A stretch of 64,000 bases of DNA from a virus, in the IMG/VR virus record IMGVR_UViG_3300045988_082153, positions 2,240 to 66,239 of that record. The stretch is one strand, 5' to 3'. The notes beneath the pieces are model-generated. The model was not told the origin of the DNA. It did not search any database and worked only from the letters and a program-made list of their open reading frames with translations. The stretch's first letter is position 1. Each line of letters opens with the position of its first letter. This document shows positions 33,711 to 43,100 of the stretch, piece after piece. A program made the position numbers and the translations under genes.

Positions 33711-35840
33711 TCAGATGGAAGCCTCGGAAACGGGGCTTCTGTCTTTTCTAAGTGTACGGTTAACAATAGGAACCCATTCAGGCATATCCATTTCCCGGAA
33801 GCAGATATGCAGACCTATTGCACGTGTCATAAGCAAGTCGTCATGTTTGCCAGTAATAGCACCATATGCACCGTTCTGTTTTCGCTCATAGGTGTTGTAT
33901 TCATCCAGACAGCGTTTGTCGCGCTCGATATAGAGTCGGTCGCGTACCACCTTGATGAGGGTAGAGATAATCATCGGCTTTGTTGACACATTGGTATGGA
34001 AGCCATATTTACGCGGTGCGCCCTCCCTAATTTCATCCTCCGACTGCTTGCGTGCATACAAGTTCGGGTAGATGTCTGAAATCTGATTGAGTATATATTG
34101 CGACTGGTCGCCACCTTCCACCTGACGCTCCTTGTCGTGAGTCTCCAACGTGTTAGACTCAATGACCAGAAGAGAATTGTCGTAGAACGCCGCTATCTGT
34201 GCTGCACGCCAAGCGAGTTGGTCTATGTCGCAATGTCCGTACCACTGAGCCACCACAGACGGCGGCTCGCTACCATCAATCATACTAAGCCTGTCGAATA
34301 CCACGATAACAGACCAGTCAGCTTTATTGGAACGTCCACCCACATCGACAACGGTAAGATAACGGTTGACAACTTCGTAGCCTTCGAATGTTTCCGGCAT
34401 TGCCCATATAGAAAGCAATCCTTGCCTGTCTGCACGGAAACGGAGATTGGAAAGTGCATCCTCTCCTTCGTCTCCATCAGCATATACCTCACCGATATAC
34501 TGAGGCTGCTTGCAGAACCGCTCGAACTTCTTGACACGGTATTTGTCGAACACCATAGAACCAGAATGAACGAAAGCCTCCACATCATCAGAAGGGAACT
34601 CGGAAGCCATTACAGCAAAGTCGTCCTTACCAGCACGCTCCTCTATGTACCAGTTGATAGCCTCCAGTGTAGCCCCTTTCTCCCATAACGACCAAAGGTA
34701 GCGTCCGGACTCCTCACGATTTGACGGCACATAGGCATTCTCTCTATTCTCATACAGCCATTGTGCAAATTCACGCATTTCGTCAGCCGAAGCGAACTGC
34801 TTGGAATACTGCTCAATCTGAAACCACGATATAAAAAGAGCTTCATATTGTGATTTGATTGTAGGATCTGCAGCAGCCGTATATTCTGTGTGGAAGAAGT
34901 TTCCTGTTCCATTCGGTGTACTCTCCATTACGATCATCGTGAATGGTTCCAAAAGAATACCGGAACATGCCGAACGCACGATGTCCTGCGGTGACTTACC
35001 TTCTGTCTTTTGCCACAAACCGACCTCTGACAAATGCACAAGAGAATAGGCACCGCCACGGCATCCATTAGGACGCTCAGCAGTGCCAACCTTAATCTTG
35101 CAATTGCGTTGTGGTACGCGATGAGTGGAGCCAGACTTACCTACACCAACCAACTTCGGCTCGTTCTCGGAATATGCCTCACCCAGTTTATGCAGGAACT
35201 CTACCGGGTATCTGTCAATCATGAGGTCGAACATATCCTTGATTTCGTCAGAAGCCGCTCCTTGATGTGCAATGATAAGTGAATTTAGTCCCTTTCGATG
35301 GTTGAACTGAAGCCATGCCATGTAGAGCTGTGTTGTAGTAGAACCACCCCACTGTCGAGCCTTCAACAATATTAGTCGTATAGGGAGACGAGCTTTTCTC
35401 TTCGCCTCAAAACGAGACACCAAAATACGCTGCGGATAGTAAAGCCGGAACAACACGTCCTTACCAGCCTTCTTGTTGTGGATATAGACGAGCGTAGCCG
35501 CCCAGAAAGGGAAGTCGTGTTTGAAGCGTAGTCGTATGAACTTACGCGAGACCTTGATGTAATCATCATCGTTTGGCTCAACATGGAGAACAGACGAAAG
35601 AAACTTGTCGATAGACCCAGCCTTGACAAGTTTCTTCACCATTTGTATTTTCATCATCTCTACAGGGAGCCATTGGACGGGTATGGCAAAGTCAGAGATA
35701 CACACTCGCACACGTTCCCCTATGGACCCTTCACCCGTGACCGGGTCGAAGTGAGCGAACATCACCTCATTTCGCCGGTCGTTTTCAGCGAGTAAGCGTG
35801 CAATCTCTGTATCTATCATATTGGTTGTCATACCATCCAT
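33711..35840 (-). CDS. terL: terminase large subunit
   Basis: ILLKARQWGGSTTTQLYMAWL (Walker A-like), LVHLSEVG, IVMESTPNGTGNFFH, and the nuclease segment VVDVGGRSNKADWSVIVVFD. Confidence 0.9.
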   Translation of the reverse strand: MDGMTTNMIDTEIARLLAENDRRNEVMFAHFDPVTGEGSIGERVRVCISDFAIPVQWLPVEMMKIQMVKKLVKAGSIDKFLSSVLHVEPNDDDYIKVSRKFIRLRFKHDFPFWAATLVYIHNKKAGKDVLFRLYYPQRILVSRFEAKRKARLPIRLILLKARQWGGSTTTQLYMAWLQFNHRKGLNSLIIAHQGAASDEIKDMFDLMIDRYPVEFLHKLGEAYSENEPKLVGVGKSGSTHRVPQRNCKIKVGTAERPNGCRGGAYSLVHLSEVGLWQKTEGKSPQDIVRSACSGILLEPFTMIVMESTPNGTGNFFHTEYTAAADPTIKSQYEALFISWFQIEQYSKQFASADEMREFAQWLYENRENAYVPSNREESGRYLWSLWEKGATLEAINWYIEERAGKDDFAVMASEFPSDDVEAFVHSGSMVFDKYRVKKFERFCKQPQYIGEVYADGDEGEDALSNLRFRADRQGLLSIWAMPETFEGYEVVNRYLTVVDVGGRSNKADWSVIVVFDRLSMIDGSEPPSVVAQWYGHCDIDQLAWRAAQIAAFYDNSLLVIESNTLETHDKERQVEGGDQSQYILNQISDIYPNLYARKQSEDEIREGAPRKYGFHTNVSTKPMIISTLIKVVRDRLYIERDKRCLDEYNTYERKQNGAYGAITGKHDDLLMTRAIGLHICFREMDMPEWVPIVNRTLRKDRSPVSEASI

Positions 35841-36228
35841 TCTTTATTCGGTAAATAAATTCGCCCACTGTACGAGGCGTGAGATAGAATTTCGGTGCAG
35901 GTTGATTTACTATTTTCGTCACAAGTTCGTACACCGATTTGTCGGGCTGTTTCTCACGTAGTATAACGAACCTTCGGTAAATCTCCTCAAACATTTCACG
36001 CTTGTTGCTCCTCATCCTTGGCATCGGTTTTCCAGCTGCCATTGCTGAAATGACAATAGCAGCCCTCTCATCGCTCACCCAAAAGCGAGAAGCCGGAGAC
36101 TGAGCGACAAGTTCGAAGATGACCGGCATCACGATGATGGATGCCTCTGCGAGTTTCTCCCGATATGCCCTCATGAGGTCGTTATTACGTTCGCGTGTAA
36201 ATTCAAGAATGCTGCCAAAGTATTTCAT
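35785..36228 (-). CDS. small protein upstream of terL (small-terminase position; function unproven)
   Basis: ATG at 36228 (MKYFGSILEFTRERNNDLMRAYREKL..). It overlaps the terL start. Confidence 0.6.
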   Translation of the reverse strand: MKYFGSILEFTRERNNDLMRAYREKLAEASIIVMPVIFELVAQSPASRFWVSDERAAIVISAMAAGKPMPRMRSNKREMFEEIYRRFVILREKQPDKSVYELVTKIVNQPAPKFYLTPRTVGEFIYRIKNGWYDNQYDRYRDCTLTR

Positions 36229-36305
36229 AAAAGTGCTCGATTGTTTCCTCAAAGTTACAGAAACGAGGTCACAAAAGTTAAAAGTCAGTCCACATCTTAT
36301 ATAGG

Positions 36306-36313
36306 TATTTTTG
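36306..36313 (+). promoter_or_regulatory. candidate -7 box TATTTTTG for the scaffold/capsid operon
   Basis: Matches TAnnTTTG and lies 38 nt upstream of the ATG at 36351, in the divergent region. Confidence 0.35.
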
Positions 36314-36350
36314 CAAATGAATATGACACATTCTAAAGATTTTGAAGATA

Positions 36351-37088
36351 ATGACTGATAACAACGGAGTTAAGAGCAGACGCGACCAACAGTTGGAACG
36401 GCTGCGAAAGAAATATCCCGACAAGAAGTTCGAGGATGATGAGGAGATTTACGGTCAGATTTACGACGATTACGACCAATACGAGCAGGATCTTAGCGGC
36501 TACAAGGACAGGGAAAAGGCCATGTCCGACATGTTTGCCGCTGACCCGAGAAGTGCACAGTTCCTTGCTGATATGCACAATGGTAACGACCCCTACGTCG
36601 GGCTTGTAAAAAACTTCGGCATAGAAATACAGGACGTACTTGACGATCCTGAAATGCAGGAGAAGATAGCCGAGGCCAACAAGGACTATGTGGAGCGTGT
36701 AGCCAAGTCAAGACAGCTTGACGAGGAATATGAGAAGAACATGGACGCAAGTCTTGAAACCCTTCGTCAGTTCCAAGAAGAGCGTGGCATGAGCGACGTA
36801 CAGATTGACGCTGTAGTTGATGCCGTTTTGACCGTGGTTCGTGACGGTGTAATGGGCAAGTTCTCGAAAGAGACTCTTGCAATGTTCGTGAATGCCATCA
36901 ACCATGACAGTGATGTAGCCTCAGCAAGTGAAGAGGGACGTGTTGCCGGACGCAATGACAAGATTGTGGAAGGCTTGCGCAAGCGAGACAAAGGCGACGG
37001 CACATCACCACTGAACGGCAAGAATGGCGGTGCGCCCAAGAACAAGAGAAACATGGACATCTTTGACTTTGCAAATGCTGCAAAATAA
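36351..37088 (+). CDS. scaffolding protein candidate
   Basis: Acidic, helical, about 245 aa, immediately upstream of the capsid gene. TTG at 36342 is an alternative start. Confidence 0.6.
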   Translation: MTDNNGVKSRRDQQLERLRKKYPDKKFEDDEEIYGQIYDDYDQYEQDLSGYKDREKAMSDMFAADPRSAQFLADMHNGNDPYVGLVKNFGIEIQDVLDDPEMQEKIAEANKDYVERVAKSRQLDEEYEKNMDASLETLRQFQEERGMSDVQIDAVVDAVLTVVRDGVMGKFSKETLAMFVNAINHDSDVASASEEGRVAGRNDKIVEGLRKRDKGDGTSPLNGKNGGAPKNKRNMDIFDFANAAK

Positions 37089-37094
37089 TACGTC

Positions 37095-37295
37095 ATGAGC
37101 ATTAGTGTAGAATTTCCAAATACAAAGCCACGTGAACCCTCACAAGGAAGTGCAGGATTGCGAACACATATCGGTGGTGCCTGTACCACTGTAAGTGCGT
37201 TAATGGAAGCAAGCAAAGCTATACATAACGAAGGCTTTGTGAAGAAAAGCATTGTCAAGGTACCGGCAAAAACGAAACATAACAATAACAAATAA
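37095..37295 (+). CDS. 66-aa protein duplicating the N-terminal arm motif of the major capsid protein
   Basis: PSQGSAGLRTHIGGACTTVSALMEAS versus capsid PSAGSAGLQTQLGGAPTTVSGVENAS (16 of 26 identical). Confidence 0.5.
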   Translation: MSISVEFPNTKPREPSQGSAGLRTHIGGACTTVSALMEASKAIHNEGFVKKSIVKVPAKTKHNNNK

Positions 37296-37305
37296 AAAAA
37301 TTAAA

Positions 37306-38904
37306 ATGAGCGTAGAAGTAACAACAACCCAGCAACAGAACTCTGGCAGTGCAAACACGCCAGATAGTCCTGAACTTACTCCAAGTGCTGGTTCCGCTGG
37401 TCTTCAGACACAGTTAGGTGGTGCGCCTACTACCGTCAGTGGAGTAGAGAACGCATCAGGAGGTATGGGCGAACTTGTAATGCCCGAAGTTGACAAACGA
37501 ATTTTCATGTTTGAACGTGATCAGAACTCTTTGATGCAGCTTATGCTGATGGCAAAGTCCGTGAACGTTCATAGCATGGAAGTGAAACACTATGCAATTG
37601 ACCAAGGCACACCAATCGTTACGGTTGCATCTGTTAATGGCAATACTATCACGTTGGTAAATGCCGACCAGAAGAAAGTTCGAGCATACGACACTCTTAT
37701 GGTCAAGGGAGTCAAAGGCTACGACTTTATCGGTGGTACCAATGTCAAGAGCCGTCGTCCCCTCCAGCTCTTTGTAAAGAGCGTGAACAACGACGACACA
37801 ATCACCTGTATAGCAACCAACGGTGTTAAGCAGGCTGCGACAGACCAGTATGGCAGTCTTCCAACAGCAACCTCTCCAACAGCAAGCAATACCAATATCA
37901 TAACAGCAGGTACGAAGTTAGTACGTATGGCTAATGCCATGTATGAGACTCAGAAGTGGGTTGACCCCAATACTGTCATTCCTTCTCCAGACGACTTGTA
38001 CTTGCAGAAGCGAGGTATGACAAGCATCGTATCAAAGTATCTTGCCGACCAGAACATGGAGATACCTTACGATGAGGCTGTCAAGGCAGAGGCTCAGTTG
38101 CGTGAGTTCAAGGCTGCCGGCAACCGTACGCTTCTCATTTCTCAGCAGAACAAGATGCTTGTACGTTCAAGCATGGGTGACGACCAGTGGGACTATACAA
38201 CCAATGGTGTTCGTTGGCAGGTGAAGCGTGAGGTGAAGCATCGTGGCAAGTGGACATTTGAGGATGTAATGTCTCTCATCAAGCTATACTACGGTGGTGC
38301 AGACAAGCCTAAGTCCGGTCTCTTCCTCGTTGGTAACAACCTTGGCCAGAGTTTGCAGCTCATTGACTGGAGCAAGCACCCAGAGGTTACGATGGAGCCT
38401 TTCACCAATGAGAGACTTGGTTGGAAGGTGACACGTCTGTACTGCATCTTCGGTGAGCTTCAGATTAAGATTGAGCCTACGTTCAATGATTGCGGCTACG
38501 AGAACAGCGGTATCATTGTGGGCGAAGACCGTTTGGTACACTATGTACGTCGCGGCGAGAGCAGCTACACAGAGGACGTTGAAGGTGAGGAGGCAACACG
38601 CAATGGCGTTCTCGTCAGTGACGCTCTTGGTTTGAAGGGCAACTGTCATATCTGGGTTGATGGTGACGATGACGATGACGACACCGCTCCTGCAGCTGAC
38701 GAGTTCCGCTTGTGGAGTAGTGACACAGCTCCGACCGAAGCCGATCTCGAAGATGGCGTAATTTACGTTTTCGCTTATGGCATGAACATCAAGTCAGGCA
38801 CTGCCACTATTACAGTGAGTGCAGGTGACGCATTCAAGTACAATGCGACAGGCGAGAACGAGAAGAAGTGGGTTCGTTTCTACGGTCCTATTTCAGCTGA
38901 GTAA
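37306..38904 (+). CDS. major capsid protein candidate
   Basis: ATG at 37306 (MSVEVTTTQQQ..), 532 aa, follows the scaffold gene. Assigned by size and position; EVDKRIFMFERDQNSLMQLM resembles capsid N-terminal regions. Confidence 0.65.
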   Translation: MSVEVTTTQQQNSGSANTPDSPELTPSAGSAGLQTQLGGAPTTVSGVENASGGMGELVMPEVDKRIFMFERDQNSLMQLMLMAKSVNVHSMEVKHYAIDQGTPIVTVASVNGNTITLVNADQKKVRAYDTLMVKGVKGYDFIGGTNVKSRRPLQLFVKSVNNDDTITCIATNGVKQAATDQYGSLPTATSPTASNTNIITAGTKLVRMANAMYETQKWVDPNTVIPSPDDLYLQKRGMTSIVSKYLADQNMEIPYDEAVKAEAQLREFKAAGNRTLLISQQNKMLVRSSMGDDQWDYTTNGVRWQVKREVKHRGKWTFEDVMSLIKLYYGGADKPKSGLFLVGNNLGQSLQLIDWSKHPEVTMEPFTNERLGWKVTRLYCIFGELQIKIEPTFNDCGYENSGIIVGEDRLVHYVRRGESSYTEDVEGEEATRNGVLVSDALGLKGNCHIWVDGDDDDDDTAPAADEFRLWSSDTAPTEADLEDGVIYVFAYGMNIKSGTATITVSAGDAFKYNATGENEKKWVRFYGPISAE

Positions 38905-38981
38905 CTTTTTTGTCAACGCTAATTATGGGGGTGGATGCGCTTTAAGTCAATCCGTCCCCATTTTTAATAAAACAATATAAC

Positions 38982-39515
38982 ATGGAAATTAAAACATACG
39001 GAGTATATGGTCTCACGGAATGGCACGGTAAAGTTAAGGCCGGCACCCTTGAGGCGAACTTGTCGTTCGTTGGTGGCACGTCTTCTCCAAGTGGTTCACA
39101 ACCTGCATACATGGTGACCAAAGACCCAATTACACAGTTTGTAATTGAGAACTCAAAGGAATACAAGAGTGGTTTTATCAGTCTCGTAATGCGTCAAGTA
39201 CTGCCCGGTACCCACATGCGAATTGCTACCCATAAGCCTGTTCCTGACAGTGACGAACAGGCAAATGAGCATTTGTCAGAAGAAACTAAGACAGAAACAG
39301 TAAAGCCGACAGGTGATGTAGAAATGCCTACACAAGAGACTGGCATCGAGCAGAACGAACGTGGTCTCACTGAAGTTGAGTTCAGTACCAACCAAGAAGC
39401 CAAGGACTATCTCGCGAATACCTTTGGTGTGAAGAGTGGTACGATGAGAACTCGTGCAGAAATTATAGCTGTAGGTGAAACCTATGGCGTTAAAATCATT
39501 TTTGTAACCGAGTAA
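38982..39515 (+). CDS. hypothetical virion protein (two domains joined by an acidic/T-rich linker)
   Basis: 177-aa ORF in the structural operon. The C-terminal EVEFSTNQEAKDYLANTFGVKSGTMRTRAEIIAVGETYGV looks like a helix-extension-helix motif. Confidence 0.6.
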   Translation: MEIKTYGVYGLTEWHGKVKAGTLEANLSFVGGTSSPSGSQPAYMVTKDPITQFVIENSKEYKSGFISLVMRQVLPGTHMRIATHKPVPDSDEQANEHLSEETKTETVKPTGDVEMPTQETGIEQNERGLTEVEFSTNQEAKDYLANTFGVKSGTMRTRAEIIAVGETYGVKIIFVTE

Positions 39516-39528
39516 TCACAGCGACGGT

Positions 39529-40164
39529 ATGGTGTACAAAATCGAAGTCGTGGAGCGTGACGTGCGCATTGCCATTGACGAAAACAAGACAAACGATCAG
39601 CTCATCAGCGATGAGGACATTGACACCTTATCGTTGAATGACATCATCCGCTCAAAGATAGTTGAAGCCGTTCGGCGTGTAGAGTCGTCCGCTCCCGTTC
39701 ACTACTTGGAAGAAGGTCACGTGTTTGGCGATGCCATCTACTGGGAGAACAACGGAAGCGGTTGGACTCTGCTGCCCGATGATTTCATGCGTCTTGTAGC
39801 CTTTCGCATGAGCGACTGGGAACGCACCTGCTATATGGCCATATCAGCAGACGACCCATTGTATGATTTGCAATCGTCAAGATACAAGGGTATTCGCGGC
39901 AATGTCCAAAAGCCGGTGTGTGCCGTAGTGAACCGTGCCGAGGGCAAGGTGTTGGAGTTCTACAGTTGCAACAGTGAAGAAGCCTACGTGAAACGTGCCT
40001 CATACATTCCTTATCCGAGCATAGACGAGGAGGACGGCATAGACATCAGCGAGCGTTGTTACACAGCCGTGGTCTATACTACGGCTGCATTAGTATTAAC
40101 CGCCTATGGTGCGAGCGAGCAAGCTGCCGCAATGAACACCTTGGCAAAAAGCATTTTTGAATAA
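39529..40164 (+). CDS. hypothetical virion protein (head-tail connector/adaptor position)
   Basis: 211 aa. Its stop overlaps the tail-fibre start (TAATG). Confidence 0.6.
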   Translation: MVYKIEVVERDVRIAIDENKTNDQLISDEDIDTLSLNDIIRSKIVEAVRRVESSAPVHYLEEGHVFGDAIYWENNGSGWTLLPDDFMRLVAFRMSDWERTCYMAISADDPLYDLQSSRYKGIRGNVQKPVCAVVNRAEGKVLEFYSCNSEEAYVKRASYIPYPSIDEEDGIDISERCYTAVVYTTAALVLTAYGASEQAAAMNTLAKSIFE

Positions 40165-43100
40165 TGAGTTCAATACCAACAAAACAGATAGATGGTGACG
40201 TTGCGGTTAGTCGTGACGTTAACATCGGCGGCAAGGCCACCATACGCGGTTCGGCAAAGGTCGGCCACAATCTGACCGTTGACGGCTGGCTTGAAGCCAA
40301 GAACATAAAAGGCCCGAACAAAGGCCTGTTCAAAACGGCGGCACAGCTACGCGAGGCTTACCCTAATCCTCATGAAGGATGGTGGGCGTTGGTGACCGTA
40401 GAAGGCAGTGCAGCGTCAGATCATCTTGGCCAGCTCTATGTAGCTGACGGTGGTACATGGGTAGCGCAAGTTGACAGCAACGGTAATCCGCTGCTGAAGG
40501 GTAATCCTACGGTTGATAGCACCGAGTACATGGAAGCCGTGGAGGGAATGACAGCCGATCTCGAAGCCGTGAAGGTGGACGTTAACCAGAACAAGAGCGA
40601 CATCAGCAGTTTGCGCACCACGCAGACCACGCAGGGTAACAGCATCAACACTCTAAATACCCAGATGAATACTGCACAGAGCGACATAACAACTCTGAAA
40701 AAGACCGTCAGTGACAACAAAACGGAACTTGCCAAGGGTGTGGCGGAAGTGCAGAGTGACCTCAACACTTTCAAAAAGACCAAAGGAGAGGCAGGAGGAC
40801 TGGCACCGCTGGACGAGAACGGACAGGTGTCTTCGCAATATCTGCCCAGTTATGTGGACGATGCCTTGGAATTTGGCTGCATCGTAAGTGATGTAACAGC
40901 GCAGATGTCTTCTGTATCTAAAAAATCAGATGATGAAAACTGCTCGGTTGTTTATAACAAGACAACCAACACTTTCTTACTGAAATATTCCAAGCCATCA
41001 GAGTCTGAATTTGACTTACGTCCGACTATCACTTACTACAACAATTGGCTCGATGGTGACTTGTACGGTGAAGCCACCATGAACGGTCGTGTGCCCCACA
41101 GCGGCAAGATATTCATGGACGTAAGCACCAACAAGACCTACCGCTGGGCAGGGACAAAACTTGCCGTAATCGGTTCAGACCTTGCGCTCGGTCATACCAG
41201 CGGCACCGCATTTCCTGGTAATGAAGGAGCCGACATTCAGGAACGTATGAACGAGGTGGAGAGTACAGCTGACATCAACCGTCAACTGATAGAAAATACC
41301 TCCACAGAACTACTATGTCGCAACACAATCAATGCTAATAACCTGCTATCGTTGGGCGAAAGGGAGGTGACACTATCTGTTGTGCTTGAAAAAATCTTCG
41401 ATTTGGAGAACAGCGTGCGCTATATGAAGCCCGGTATTGTTCTATCATTCCTTTCAGAAACAGGCATACAAAACAAGCAGTGGACGAACTACGGCAAGAA
41501 AACAGAAACAGATTGGAAAACCGAGGCCAACTGGACAGACTTCGGCTCGAACGGCAGTGCCATAGGCAACACGGTGAATGTAAATGACATCTGCGATGAT
41601 ACTGAATACACCCTTTCTACCGCCATAAAAGCCGTGCTCGACAAGGAGAAAGAGAGCGGACTGTCGTATATGAAAGCAGGTGTTGTGCTGACCTACAAGA
41701 CCGCAGACATGACCAGCAACGGCTCGCCCAAATGGGAAGCCTACCAATTCACACGCAACGTAGAAGACATCAACCCAGCCGACTTGAAGCCGTGGGTGGA
41801 GTTTGGCGGAGGCGGCAACAATGCCGTACCCACCTCGGACACCCCAGAGAAAGACGGCAAGGAAGCCTTCTCGACAGGCGGCGCATACACCAACATACCC
41901 AACAACCTGCGCATCGACACCGAAACCCAAGGTGTGGTGAAACTCCAGCTGGAGAACGCCGAGCATGAAGCCGTGGGCGATGAGGTGCAGTTTGCCGTAG
42001 GCGGCGGTGGTGGAGAGAGTACAGGCACCATTGTGAGCATACAGTTTGAGCAAAGTCCGCTCTATGCCAAGGCAGGAGGCAGCGTGGTGATGAAAGCCGC
42101 CGTGCGAAGCATCACCACGCAAGGCAACAACGAGCTGAGCAACATGATAGAAAAGGTGGTTCTGAAAGACCGCGACACGGGACAGACCTTGGAGACTTTC
42201 ATGTTCAACCGCGCCTCGTCAGCCAGCGGAGACACCTACGACTTCGAGATGGACGTGAGCAGCTACTTCGTGACCGCCACAACAAAGAGGTTCCAACTCA
42301 TAGCCTACGACGATGCAGGAAACACGGGAAGCCGCAACATCAACGTGAGCGGTGTGGACGTGACCATCAGCAGTGTGCAGACACTGAACTACACCAGCAG
42401 CACCTCGCTTGCCGTAGGCGGAGTCGCCAAGAGCATACCGATGTACAAGTTTGCCAACAACGCTTCGGACAAGGGCATCAAGGTTATTACCGAGATATAC
42501 ATGAACGGCGAGTGGAAGACCCTCGGCGAGCAGACCATACTTGACACCTACTCGCATAGCATCACCGTGGATCCAAAGAGCTGCTTGACTGAAGCACTCA
42601 CGCACGGAGCCTATCCCCTGCGCATCCATGGCGAAGATGTGGGCAGCGGTGTGAGGGGCAACTACCTGCATACCGCCATTATGGTAGTGGAAGCAGGGAA
42701 CAATACCCCAATCATCGCCATGCGGTGGTACACCGACCAGCTGAAAGGCAAGCGCAAGCTATACGAGAACATCGAAATAGACTATGCCGTGTATGTAGGC
42801 GACAACGATGAGCCGCAAGCCACCATACTCTATGACGGAGCAAAGGAGACCACCGCCATAGCCTACCGCCAGCAGACCAACACCTACACCAAGCAAGTGC
42901 TTGAGAGCGTGCATGACGGCACGAAGAGCGTGTCGGTGCAAGTGACGTGCGGCGACAGCCAAGGCGAGACCGCTACATTTGTGGTGGACGGTTCGCTTGT
43001 AGACGTGGAAGAAGTGACCACCCTCAGAGAGTTCAACATCACAATGGACTCACGCAGCAACGGCGAGACCGACAAGAGCATCAAGGACGGCAGCGTGGAG

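Noticed and set aside
37252-37310. Programmed +1 frameshift that would fuse the 66-aa ORF to the capsid gene.
   Set aside because: The only support is overlapping open frames and an A-rich stop context. No established slippery or stimulatory element was recognised. It is kept only as a test suggested under the capsid-arm finding.
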